From Candidatus Sulfobium sp. (GTDB taxonomy: Bacteria > Nitrospirota > Thermodesulfovibrionia > Thermodesulfovibrionales > UBA6898), in the NCBI GenBank assembly GCA_037380845.1, contig JARRRI010000017.1:1-58232 (forward strand): a DNA stretch of 58,232 nt, in the 5' to 3' direction. Positions 48,993-57,907 of the stretch are shown in pieces. How positions within the stretch are numbered: position 1 is the first letter of the stretch; every line of letters starts with the position of its first letter. Made by a program: the position numbers and the translations under genes. The notes beneath the pieces are model-generated. The model saw nothing but the letters and a program-made list of their open reading frames with translations, did not search any database and was not told the origin of the DNA.

Positions 48993-49739
48993 ATGGGTTA
49001 CAACTGGGAAGGGGATGTAATCATTCAGGACACCGCCATTGAGAAGAAGCGGTATGTGATCGGGCGGAAGCAGCCGATCACCACCGACATCCGCGAGTGG
49101 ATATCCTTCCAGGACAATATCATCATGAAGGAAATCCTTGCCGAACTCAGGCAAAAACACGGCCTTCCTGCAACCAGAAAACCGGGAGACTTTGATAAGC
49201 GGGCGATGGTAGTCTGGCAGTTCATTGCGGACAATGTCACCTACGTCTACGACACGAAAAAGTACAAGAAAGACGACTTCTGGCTTTTTCCGCCCGAGAC
49301 ATACCAGATCGGAAAGGGCGACTGTGAGGACGGCAGTTTCCTTCTGGCCAGCCTTCTGATCGCCTGTGGTATCAGCCCTTTCTGCGTAAGGGTCGTTCTG
49401 GGAAGGGCCTATGACGCAAATAACAATGCCCTCGGAGGCCACTGCTGGCCCGTTTACAAAAACGAAAGCGGCAGGTGGTGCGTACTCGAAAGCACGGTGG
49501 ATAAGATTTCCTCCGGCATGCCCGACGCCGATGAACTCACAAAAGAAGGCCGGCCCTTCAGGTATGAACCTCTTTACTGCTTCAACGGCCACCACCTGTG
49601 GGAAATATGTCCCGATGGTACCGGCGCTGCCGGCGGGCAAAGTTTGAAGAAATATTTTGCTGCCCGCACAAGACGGGTTGATATGCGGAAGGTAAGAAAG
49701 GAATGTCCGAAAACGGTTCAAACAGTTCAAACGGTTTAA
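48993..49739 (+). CDS. Transglutaminase-like (papain-fold) cysteine protease, cytoplasmic
   Basis: DFWLFPPET...GDCEDGSFLLASLL...RVVLG...GHCW...LEST (Cys-His-Glu triad); no signal peptide. Confidence 0.85.
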   Translation: MGYNWEGDVIIQDTAIEKKRYVIGRKQPITTDIREWISFQDNIIMKEILAELRQKHGLPATRKPGDFDKRAMVVWQFIADNVTYVYDTKKYKKDDFWLFPPETYQIGKGDCEDGSFLLASLLIACGISPFCVRVVLGRAYDANNNALGGHCWPVYKNESGRWCVLESTVDKISSGMPDADELTKEGRPFRYEPLYCFNGHHLWEICPDGTGAAGGQSLKKYFAARTRRVDMRKVRKECPKTVQTVQTV

Positions 49740-49746
49740 ATGGTTT
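49711..49746. repeat. 9-bp tandem array C (x4), overlapping the gene 3' end
   Basis: aaacggttc aaacagttc aaacggttt aaatggttt; translated as TVQTVQTV-stop. Confidence 0.85.
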
Positions 49747-49776
49747 AGTTCAAATTGAGAGGAGGATTGAACGAGT

Positions 49777-51048
49777 GTGGGGAAGAAGATGAGGAAGTGG
49801 ACTGTAATGGTCTATCTTGCCGGTGACAATAACCTTGACGCCGCGGGAGTGACAGACCTGAAGGAGATGAAGAAGGTCGGCACCAACGACCATGTGGCCG
49901 TAGTGGCCCAGTTCGACAGAAGCGGGACGAAGAACCATACCAAGCGTTACCTCCTCCGGAGCAAGGGCCCTCTGGCATCAGATGTCGTCGGCGACCTCGG
50001 CGAAACGAACACCGGAGACCCGAAGGTGCTGGAGGATTTCATTCTGTGGGCTGCGGAGAAATATCCGGCAGAACACTACTTGACCGTCATCTGGAACCAC
50101 GGCAGCGGCTGGGACGACCAGGACATCTACAAGGTAAGCCGGTCGATGAACAGGGATATCGTCCGGAAAGAGACCGTCATTTCGGACACCAGCTTCGGGA
50201 AAGCCCTCCCCTTCGCCTCCGTCCGCGGTGTCCTGGAAAACAGAATGGGCCGGGCCTTATTTTGCACATCCGTGGAGAAGGCCCTTGTTACCGGGGCCAT
50301 AGCCTTTGACGACAACGCCCGGGACTTTCTCGACAATATGGAGATGAAGAGGGTCTTGGCAGCCGTTACGAAGAAGCTCGGCAGAAAGATCGATGTACTG
50401 GGTCTGGACGCATGTCTCATGAACATGATCGAAATCCAGTATCAGCTCAGAGACGCCGCCCTCTTTTGCGTCGGATCGGAAGAAGTGGAACCGGGCAACG
50501 GCTGGCCGTACGATACGGTCCTTTCCGCAATGGCCGCAGAACCTTCCATAACGCTGCGGGGACTGTCTGCCGCCATAGTTGATAAATACGTAAAGTCATA
50601 CAGGGCCGCTGACAATGTGACGCAGTCGGCGTGCGATATTTCGAAGGCGCAATACGTAGCGGACAGGGTCGACGGACTGGCCCTGGCACTTGCAGACGGT
50701 CTGGCCGACCCGGCGGTAAATACGTCCCTCATCCGGGCACGAAGCCGGGTCCAGTCCTATTACACGGCAGACTACGTAGACCTCGCCGACCTGTGCAGCA
50801 TTGTCAGGGAAGAGCAGGTCGGCAGAGAAATCAGGTCGGCCTGTGCCTCGGTCATCGATTCCATTACGGACAACGGAATGGTCGTAAAGTGCGGCTGCAA
50901 AGGAGCGGACGTCAAGCACTCTCACGGCATATCGATATATTTTCCGACGAAAAAGATTTCGCCTCTCTACGCCAAGCTCGATTTCGCAGGAAAGACTAAC
51001 TGGGGTGCCTTTCTGAGGGCATACACGGGAAACATCCGGAGGAGATAG
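49777..51048 (+). CDS. Clostripain-like (peptidase C11) cysteine protease, no signal peptide
   Basis: WTVMVYLAGDNNL, ETNTGDP, WNHGSGW (His), LDACLM (Cys), GSEEVEPGNGWPY, GISIYFP. Confidence 0.92.
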   Translation: MGKKMRKWTVMVYLAGDNNLDAAGVTDLKEMKKVGTNDHVAVVAQFDRSGTKNHTKRYLLRSKGPLASDVVGDLGETNTGDPKVLEDFILWAAEKYPAEHYLTVIWNHGSGWDDQDIYKVSRSMNRDIVRKETVISDTSFGKALPFASVRGVLENRMGRALFCTSVEKALVTGAIAFDDNARDFLDNMEMKRVLAAVTKKLGRKIDVLGLDACLMNMIEIQYQLRDAALFCVGSEEVEPGNGWPYDTVLSAMAAEPSITLRGLSAAIVDKYVKSYRAADNVTQSACDISKAQYVADRVDGLALALADGLADPAVNTSLIRARSRVQSYYTADYVDLADLCSIVREEQVGREIRSACASVIDSITDNGMVVKCGCKGADVKHSHGISIYFPTKKISPLYAKLDFAGKTNWGAFLRAYTGNIRRR

Positions 51049-51055
51049 GAATTCC

Positions 51056-51508
51056 ATGAGAATACATTGCACCAGCCGACAAATTGCTCTCCGGCCACTT
51101 TTCGCGCTGGTCCTCTGTCTGGCCGCATGCGCCCCGCTAATAGGTCCATACAGTCCCACGGCGTATAAGAACGCCACAAGTCTCAAGGCGGACACGCTTG
51201 CGCTGATGGGCAAGGCGACCGAGCCTTACTCGAAACATGAACAGAAGGTTGAATCCCTGATGATCAGCACCAATGAGGCGTATGAATACGTCCACGGCAT
51301 CCCGTCGGACAATCTGTCGGCCAGACAATGGGAGATTCTCAAGGACCCCGACGGCGACCTCCTGGGCAAGTTCTTTTCCCGCTGGAAATCCAAAGGTACT
51401 TTAGGCAGGGTGTACATTGGTGAATTCAGGGGGATAATATCCGATGCCTTCGATGAGATCATCTGCCTGGAGGCGAACAAGAAATCTGCAAAACAATGTT
51501 TAAGGTGA
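51056..51508 (+). CDS. Hypothetical lipoprotein
   Basis: Lipobox LAAC; helical body. Confidence 0.8.
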   Translation: MRIHCTSRQIALRPLFALVLCLAACAPLIGPYSPTAYKNATSLKADTLALMGKATEPYSKHEQKVESLMISTNEAYEYVHGIPSDNLSARQWEILKDPDGDLLGKFFSRWKSKGTLGRVYIGEFRGIISDAFDEIICLEANKKSAKQCLR

Positions 51509-51518
51509 GGGAATAACA

Positions 51519-51845
51519 GTGGCCACATTCGACGATTACGAGAAGGAATTGGGAAAGGGGGTCAAAAAACTGGCCCGGGAGCTGGTTGACGGTCTTGAAG
51601 AACAGGCCCTTGCAGACTTGAACACATACATCAGCAGATCAAGAAAGAACCTGCAGAGGTGGACGAACCTGCTGGCGGCGGGAGAAATAACCGAAGAGGA
51701 TTTCAGCGATCTGGTTCAGGCACAGAAGGCCCTGGCTGAATTACATGAGTTGACGCGAACGGGCATAGGCCGCACAAAACTGGAAAGTTTCAGGACCGGC
51801 CTCATCAGCCTGGTTATCGACAGTGCAATGAAGGTCTATCTCTAG
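51519..51845 (+). CDS. Hypothetical all-helical protein
   Basis: GAGGG SD then GTG; operonic spacing; amphipathic helices. Confidence 0.78.
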   Translation: MATFDDYEKELGKGVKKLARELVDGLEEQALADLNTYISRSRKNLQRWTNLLAAGEITEEDFSDLVQAQKALAELHELTRTGIGRTKLESFRTGLISLVIDSAMKVYL

Positions 51846-51879
51846 CGGGCTGCCGAAAAAGATGCTTTTAGCCTTTTTT

Positions 51880-51983
51880 CGTCATTCCCGTGCAGACGGG
51901 ATCCAATTATTCCGGTCAGTTCGGCTATCCGCCCCTGGTCGCCTCCGCCGCCGCTAAGGGCGGGTGAACTACGCGGCTATGAC
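51880..51983. repeat. REP-like element with an internal segment shared with 32657-32694
   Basis: cgtcattcccg...atgacg termini; ccctggtcgcctcc...ggcgggtraact found at both loci. Confidence 0.68.
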
Positions 51984-52188
51984 GGAATTCAGGAAAGTCA
52001 TGATATTTTTTCACGGCCTGCCGGACTCTTTTATTGATTAACGGCAACCGGCCGGATTACACTAAGTCCGCTCCTGAAAAAGGGCGCAGGGAATATACGA
52101 AGTCCGGGAAAGGCTGTAATCCTCGCTTATCCCGCTTTAATAAAGGGGAATCGCCCCGTAATCTTTCAGAACCAGTCAGAGGAGGAAC

Positions 52189-52896
52189 ATGAAAACATCG
52201 TATCGAGGTTTCATCTTGTGGTCATCCTGCTTCTTCTTTGTAGTCTTCATAGCCGGCACGGCTTCAGGCTGGAACGACAGGACCCACCTGGCTATTGCAA
52301 AAGCGGCCGGATACCCGGAGTGGTATAATGCCGCCGGCGCCGACATCACGAAAGTGAAGGCCGGCAACACGGAAAAAACGAACCATTGGTCCGATAATAC
52401 CGGAGTCGGCAAAGTAACCGCGGCAATGGTCATGGGCCAGGTAAAACGGTATAACGAGGCATCCGATGAGGAGGGGCACCTGTACGGGGCGATAATAGCC
52501 TCGGTCCGTAACTATATAAAGGACAAACAGGCGGGCAAATATGCCGGCTACCATATGGCTTTCTGCGCCCACTACATAGGCGATCTCAGTATGCCACTGC
52601 ATAATGTGCCGTATAACGATTTCAATAAGAAACACCATGTCGAAAACGACGGGATCGTGGAACTGAGCGCGCTGAACAGCATAGGCTTGATACAGAGGAA
52701 TGTCTACCCTGTGGTGATCCACAATGAACGGGACCTTGCCAGGGAGATTGCCAGGATTGCCAATGTTGCCCGCGATCTCGCCGCAAAAATGGAGCAGGGA
52801 GACAGAGACATGACAAGGAAGGAGGCTTATACCGAGCTGTCACACAGCGCCTCCCTCCTCAAAGGTGTCCTTAGCTACGCCAGAGATATGAGATGA
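52189..52896 (+). CDS. Exported S1/P1 nuclease / phospholipase C-fold zinc protein
   Basis: Signal peptide then mature N-terminal WNDRTH; HYIGDLSMPLH; HH..ND zinc ligands. Confidence 0.82.
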   Translation: MKTSYRGFILWSSCFFFVVFIAGTASGWNDRTHLAIAKAAGYPEWYNAAGADITKVKAGNTEKTNHWSDNTGVGKVTAAMVMGQVKRYNEASDEEGHLYGAIIASVRNYIKDKQAGKYAGYHMAFCAHYIGDLSMPLHNVPYNDFNKKHHVENDGIVELSALNSIGLIQRNVYPVVIHNERDLAREIARIANVARDLAAKMEQGDRDMTRKEAYTELSHSASLLKGVLSYARDMR

Positions 52897-53146
52897 AGCA
52901 TCCGGGAATTTTTCTGGAGAAGGGGGCTCATGGACTGTCTCAGGCCGGGGAAGGCGCACCCCTGCTTTGCCCCTTCGTGGGGGGAAAAAACTGCGACCGG
53001 CTTTGGTATTAATGCGCCTTTAAGGTAAACTATTACCGGTTCCTTGTGGATTACCGGTCTTCCCGGGACCTGCACCGGAACGGCCTTCGAACGACTGATT
53101 CGAGACATTGAATTGCCGAAATAATGGTCCGCCGCCTGGCCCGACT

Positions 53147-53962
53147 ATGGAAGAGCGCGAAAAAGACAATTGGCTAAGACATCCCGGCCGCTTCTTCACG
53201 GACGTGCTGCGCGCCTTCAGGAGGAACCAGGGTTTGCTCCTGTCCGGCGCCGTGGCGTATTACACTCTCCTGTCTGTTATACCAATGCTCATCCTGATGC
53301 CTGGATATGCAGCGACATTGACCGAACAGGTCAGAGTATTTCTCGAAAACCGTCACGTAGTCGGCGCTATCGGGTTCGTAGTCATGCTCTTCTTCAGTTC
53401 TCTGGCCTTTACCGTCCTCGAAAACGCCATGTCCGTAATTTTTTTCCACCGCATCAGGGTCCACCACCGCCATTTTCTGGTTTCCGTCATCATTCCATAT
53501 GCATACATCTTCCTGGTCGCCATGGGGATGCTCGTAGTCTCCTTCATATCCGGTGCACTGCAGACGTTGGAAGGCAGGCAGCTGGTGATTCTTGGCTGGA
53601 ATTTGAGCCTCGAGGGAGCGTCGCGCATTGCAGTATATGCAATGGGCATAGCAGGTGAGGTGCTCATGCTGACTTCCATCTACCTTGTAATGCCGGTGGG
53701 TCGCATCACTTTCCGCCACGCACTTTTGGGCGGTATAAGCGCAACCTTCCTCTGGGAGATCACCCGCCGCATACTGGTATGGTATTATTCCACGCTGTCC
53801 CTTGTGAACGTAATATACGGCTCTTTTGCCGCCGCAGTAGTGACGCTTCTGAGCATAGAAGTCGCTGCCGTTATTCTCCTGTTCGGCGCGCAGGTCATCG
53901 CCGAACTCGACCGCAGGATGAAATCTCCGGCGGAAAAAAAGGAAACAGGCTTCATCCCCTGA
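53147..53962 (+). CDS. YihY/BrkB family membrane protein (short, apparent in-frame deletion)
   Basis: GAVAYYTLLS.IP, LENAM, YGSF...LLFGAQV. Confidence 0.85.
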   Translation: MEEREKDNWLRHPGRFFTDVLRAFRRNQGLLLSGAVAYYTLLSVIPMLILMPGYAATLTEQVRVFLENRHVVGAIGFVVMLFFSSLAFTVLENAMSVIFFHRIRVHHRHFLVSVIIPYAYIFLVAMGMLVVSFISGALQTLEGRQLVILGWNLSLEGASRIAVYAMGIAGEVLMLTSIYLVMPVGRITFRHALLGGISATFLWEITRRILVWYYSTLSLVNVIYGSFAAAVVTLLSIEVAAVILLFGAQVIAELDRRMKSPAEKKETGFIP

Positions 53963-54075
53963 ACCGGAAGTCCTTCGCAAAAAAGCTGTCAGCTCTACTT
54001 GACCTCTTTGAGAAGACCGCTTATTATCTTATTAAAAGCCTTGCTAACCGAACAGACTGTGCCGGGAGGACACAT

Positions 54076-54453
54076 ATGAAAAAGTTGCTTTGCATTGTCA
54101 TCGCAGTGTGGATATCCGTGCTCATGGCAGCGGCCGCCAGGGCGCAGCAGGATTATGAAAAAATCGGTACCCAGGGAGGGGTCGAGGTCATGGTTAGATA
54201 CAACCCCTTCGGTTACAACAATCTGATAGTGGCTTTCATCAAGTTTGTCAATACAAACGACTATAAGGTGGATGTCGACTGGACTCCGCTTATAAACTGC
54301 GAGGGGCTTCCCGTTAAGAAAGGTTACGGTGCCCCGTTCAGCATGAATGAGAACGGGTCCTATGAAGTGACTATGTGGAGGTCGGAGGTCTGCGGGCAGG
54401 TGCCTCTTAAAGGCATCCAGGTAAAGATGTATGTGAAAAAGGAGGGCTTTTAA
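54076..54453 (+). CDS. Secreted hypothetical protein
   Basis: GGAGG plus ATG 54076; signal peptide ending AARA; Cys pair. Confidence 0.75.
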   Translation: MKKLLCIVIAVWISVLMAAAARAQQDYEKIGTQGGVEVMVRYNPFGYNNLIVAFIKFVNTNDYKVDVDWTPLINCEGLPVKKGYGAPFSMNENGSYEVTMWRSEVCGQVPLKGIQVKMYVKKEGF

Positions 54454-54497
54454 ACACGGGCCCGTCCCGCGAGTCGGCTGCAGAAGGACAGAATGGA

Positions 54498-55730
54498 CTA
54501 ACCCGGCACTTTGATGCCGTCGCGCAGCGCGTGGAATGCGAGGACGAACATTGCCGCGTTCCACGATTGACCGGTCATTCCCATGGGCTCGCCCGTCTTG
54601 CCGTGCAGCCATTCATTGAACTCCCATCCGTTGAGCCGGTTTACGTGCGCCAGTCTTGTCAGTTCCCGCCAGCCCTCCTCTTCCTTCTTCATCTTTGCAA
54701 GAAGGGCGACCCAGAAGCCCCCGACAAAGGGCCATATTCCCCCGTTATGATACTGCCAGGGCATATTCTGCCTGTGCCGCTGCATGTAGGGACGCCAGAG
54801 GCAGCTGCTCTGCCTGATGGGATCGAGTACAACCCGGACGGGGTGGGGACTGTTTGCCCCCGCGGTGACGAGTGCATCCATTATTTTCAGGGTCTTCGAC
54901 ATATCCGCGGGCCCGGCCAGAAGGGCAAGTATGTTACCGAACACGTCGACCTCACCGCCCCAGGTCGAAAAATTCACGAAACTGAGATAAAAATCGCGAC
55001 GCCTCTCCCCGTTCCTGATGTAATGTACGAGTACCCGGGCGCGGCGACGCTGCGGGACATCATTCCCGAATGGGTGGAAGATACGCTCGAAATACTCGCC
55101 AGTCTCAGCGGCAGCCGGCAGTCCATAGAGCTTCTTAACACAATGCCAGAGGGCGTTGGTGTAAAGGACAAAGCCGGACCTCGGCATTACGTCGGCCCAG
55201 TCGCTGGCCTCGTTCTGCTGGAGCAGGAACAGGGCCTGATGTTCCTGTGATGCGAGCCATCTCACAGCCCCCTCTATCTCCCGGCTCAGACTCACGGAAA
55301 GAGGTGGCCCGACTGCCAGACGATCATAAAAGGCGACCGCGACAAGCCACCATAGAGTGGCGTCTATGCAGCCGAAGTACCAGAAATCCACATCGCCTTC
55401 TTCCGGCTTGACGTAGTTCGGAATCTGTCCGTTTGCGGCCTGCCGACCCGCCAGAGTCACCAGGCTCATACGCGCCGACCGGACAAGGCCGGGGTCCCTC
55501 GAGGCGATCATGCCAAGCGCCGAAATCGATGCGTCCCGCCCGAATATACTCGCATAATGGCGGCATACCGATCTTTCACATCGTCTGCTCGCGATAATTC
55601 CGAAAGACCGGGAATTCTCCCTTAAAAGCTCCAGTGAACGGTCATAACATTCCCGGACCGCTTCCTCTCCCGCATGTGGACTGACCACGTTCGGGACCTT
55701 AGCTCCGCTTTTCACAGAACCTGAATACAT
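54498..55730 (-). CDS. (alpha/alpha)6 glycoside hydrolase (GH100 invertase / debranching-like)
   Basis: IFGRDA, GQIPN, IDATLWW, YHNGGIWPF, FNEW...QSWNAAM. Confidence 0.82.
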   Translation of the reverse strand: MYSGSVKSGAKVPNVVSPHAGEEAVRECYDRSLELLRENSRSFGIIASRRCERSVCRHYASIFGRDASISALGMIASRDPGLVRSARMSLVTLAGRQAANGQIPNYVKPEEGDVDFWYFGCIDATLWWLVAVAFYDRLAVGPPLSVSLSREIEGAVRWLASQEHQALFLLQQNEASDWADVMPRSGFVLYTNALWHCVKKLYGLPAAAETGEYFERIFHPFGNDVPQRRRARVLVHYIRNGERRRDFYLSFVNFSTWGGEVDVFGNILALLAGPADMSKTLKIMDALVTAGANSPHPVRVVLDPIRQSSCLWRPYMQRHRQNMPWQYHNGGIWPFVGGFWVALLAKMKKEEEGWRELTRLAHVNRLNGWEFNEWLHGKTGEPMGMTGQSWNAAMFVLAFHALRDGIKVPG

Positions 55731-55769
55731 CCTTTTATTCTAGACCATTAATCATTCGGTTTTCCAACA

Positions 55770-55903
55770 GGGAATCCGGTATTATCGCCCGCATACCCCG
55801 GTCAACCTACCCGCCGGACTCACGGAGGGTTTACCAACCTCTGGCGTCGAAGGCAACTCCGGGCCGGAGTATGACCGATATTTTGAAAATGATCACATAT
55901 TGA
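55770..55903. repeat. Degenerate REP-like element ending in the shared 19-bp motif
   Basis: ggaatccgg...ccggagtatgac followed by GAAAATGATCACATATTGA. Confidence 0.5.
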
Positions 55904-55967
55904 TCCGGCAGGTGATTCCGTGGCTCTTTGACAGCCGGATTATCAATATTTTATTGTATACTTAAGC

Positions 55968-56492
55968 ATGAAATCGCCTTGTTTCCTCTGTTCCATTGTG
56001 CTTCTTATGATTTTTTCCAGTGTCGGGGCCAGGAAGGCTATGGCCTTCGGTTCGGCGCCTGAGATCGGGCAAAACGCGCCCCCGTTTGTGCTCAACGACA
56101 TCGCGGGGAAAAGGGTCTCCCTTGCCGATCAGAGGGGAAAAGTCATACTGCTTAATTTCTGGGCGACATGGTGCCATGCGTGCAAGTCGGAGATGTCGTC
56201 GATGAACGATCTTTACAGGTCCTTCAAAGACAGGGGTCTGGAAGTCTTTGCAGTGTCCATCGACAGCTCCGAGAATTCCCCGAGGTCATTTGTCGAGGGA
56301 AAGGGGCTGTCATTTCCCGTCCTTTTCGATAAAGATGGGGAGGGCTATTTTGAACAGTTCGGTGTGATTGGCATACCCGTCACGTTCGTCATCGACCGTC
56401 AGGGTATCCTGGTAGACAAAATCATGGGCAGCACCGACTGGGACTCCGCGGAGATAAGAAACAGGATTCTCGGCATTCTGAACCAGAGATAA
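55968..56492 (+). CDS. TlpA/ResA-family thiol-disulfide oxidoreductase
   Basis: LNFWATWCHACKSE, GIPVTFVID; signal/anchor. Confidence 0.92.
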   Translation: MKSPCFLCSIVLLMIFSSVGARKAMAFGSAPEIGQNAPPFVLNDIAGKRVSLADQRGKVILLNFWATWCHACKSEMSSMNDLYRSFKDRGLEVFAVSIDSSENSPRSFVEGKGLSFPVLFDKDGEGYFEQFGVIGIPVTFVIDRQGILVDKIMGSTDWDSAEIRNRILGILNQR

Positions 56493-56658
56493 TCGGTCCT
56501 CCGGAAGGCAAGAACCTTCACAAAATGTCAGGGAAAAATACCGCAGGCACCGGGACACTGAAAAGCACTATCTTCTCACCTGTCTTTAGTTTACCTTGTG
56601 CCGCCGTGTCTCTGTGGTGATATTAATTTTTGCTTCCGCCTTTGACGGGTCAGGTTCT

Positions 56659-57534
56659 CTATCTGGCAACTTCGACCCGCTTGAGTTCAGCCACGACCTT
56701 GCCGATTGACACCCTGGTTTCGACCCTCACCGGTATCCTGCTTTTATCACCGGTGAGCCATATCAGTATATCGCCCCTATGTTTGAAGAGCCCCTCGCTC
56801 CTGAGCACAGGCTTGATTACAAATGCGTCGACCTCCCCCTTTCCGGGAAAAGCGACCTTCTCTTTTCTCAGGACATGGGCTTCGGCTTTCAGCATCTTGT
56901 TGCTGTCGAAAACATCAATAGAGAGAGTCTTGCCCGTCTCGAGGGCAAGGGTCCTCAAATGATAAAACCCCGAGATTACGTCCCACACCCTCATGTTTTC
57001 CACTTCATGTTCAGCCTTGATCCCCTTACGGTAGTCGAAATAGGTGATCCTTCCGTTGTCGGGGTCGAAGCGTGTCTCCTTGTCGCTCCTGTACCTGCCT
57101 TCCCTCTGCCTGATTCTGAAGTTGACCGGCTTGCCATCGACCACCGTACTTGAAGCATGGTCTTTCACTTTATACAGCACGGAAATGACCGGAGCCGAAT
57201 GGACCTCCGATGTAATGGTGACTTTCGCGCCTCTGCCCGTCTCCTCGAGGGTGGCATTGCCGACATAAATTCCCATCCAGTAAATGTCGAAATAGAGCTT
57301 TTCGCCGGCGCTCCTGAAAATCCCGGCCTTCCCTTCTGCTCTTTCGGACAAGGAAGATATTTTTGTGGCTGTTCCGGCTTCGGCGAAAAGGTGGCTGTAA
57401 TCTGCCACGGCCATCCGAAGGGAAGAAGCAAAGCCGGCTCCTCCCTGCGCAGCGGCAAAGGACCCACCGGCAAGCGCCGGGCATGATACGAGAGAGAATA
57501 GGGAGACGGCCGCAACTAACCTTAAGATCTTCAT
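56659..57534 (-). CDS. DUF3108 family exported protein
   Basis: GEKLYFDIYW.GIYVG, YKVKD, IWLTGDKSRIPV. Confidence 0.8.
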   Translation of the reverse strand: MKILRLVAAVSLFSLVSCPALAGGSFAAAQGGAGFASSLRMAVADYSHLFAEAGTATKISSLSERAEGKAGIFRSAGEKLYFDIYWMGIYVGNATLEETGRGAKVTITSEVHSAPVISVLYKVKDHASSTVVDGKPVNFRIRQREGRYRSDKETRFDPDNGRITYFDYRKGIKAEHEVENMRVWDVISGFYHLRTLALETGKTLSIDVFDSNKMLKAEAHVLRKEKVAFPGKGEVDAFVIKPVLRSEGLFKHRGDILIWLTGDKSRIPVRVETRVSIGKVVAELKRVEVAR

Positions 57535-57551
57535 AACCTGAATCTGTTCTT

Positions 57552-57583
57552 CGTCATTGCCGGGATCTCAGTCGGGAATGACG
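57552..57583. repeat. Minimal REP-like palindrome
   Basis: cgtcattgccgggatctcagtcgggaatgacg. Confidence 0.65.
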
Positions 57584-57697
57584 ACTGAAAAAAAGTCGAA
57601 CCATGCGAAGAAGCGTTCGACGCGCTTAACTATTAATAGCTTATATGAAAGGTTCCGGTTAATACAATACCCCCGATTTGGCAAAGAGAGGCGGGCG

Positions 57698-57907
57698 TTA
57701 CAGATCTATCAGGTCCAGATTGACGGCCTCATAGACCGCCTGTATCCTGTTGATTGCGTCGAGCTTTCTCATCGCGTTGCCGATGTGATAATTTACTGTC
57801 CTCTCGCTTATTCCGAGTATTTTGGAGACGTCCCATGAGGTCTTCCCGAGCTTGAGCAGATTAAGCACCTCCAGTTCTCTCCCGGAAAGCCTGACCGGAG
57901 GCTTCAT
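57698..57907 (-). CDS. Stand-alone LuxR-type HTH protein
   Basis: LSGRELEVL...GKTSWDVSKILGISERTVNYHI...KL...NRIQAV. Confidence 0.85.
   Translation of the reverse strand: MKPPVRLSGRELEVLNLLKLGKTSWDVSKILGISERTVNYHIGNAMRKLDAINRIQAVYEAVNLDLIDL

Noticed and set aside
48921..49730. 269-aa minus-strand ORF with LNRLNR repeats at both ends
   Set aside because: Antisense shadow of the transglutaminase-like gene; the peptide repeats are translations of the 9-mer arrays.
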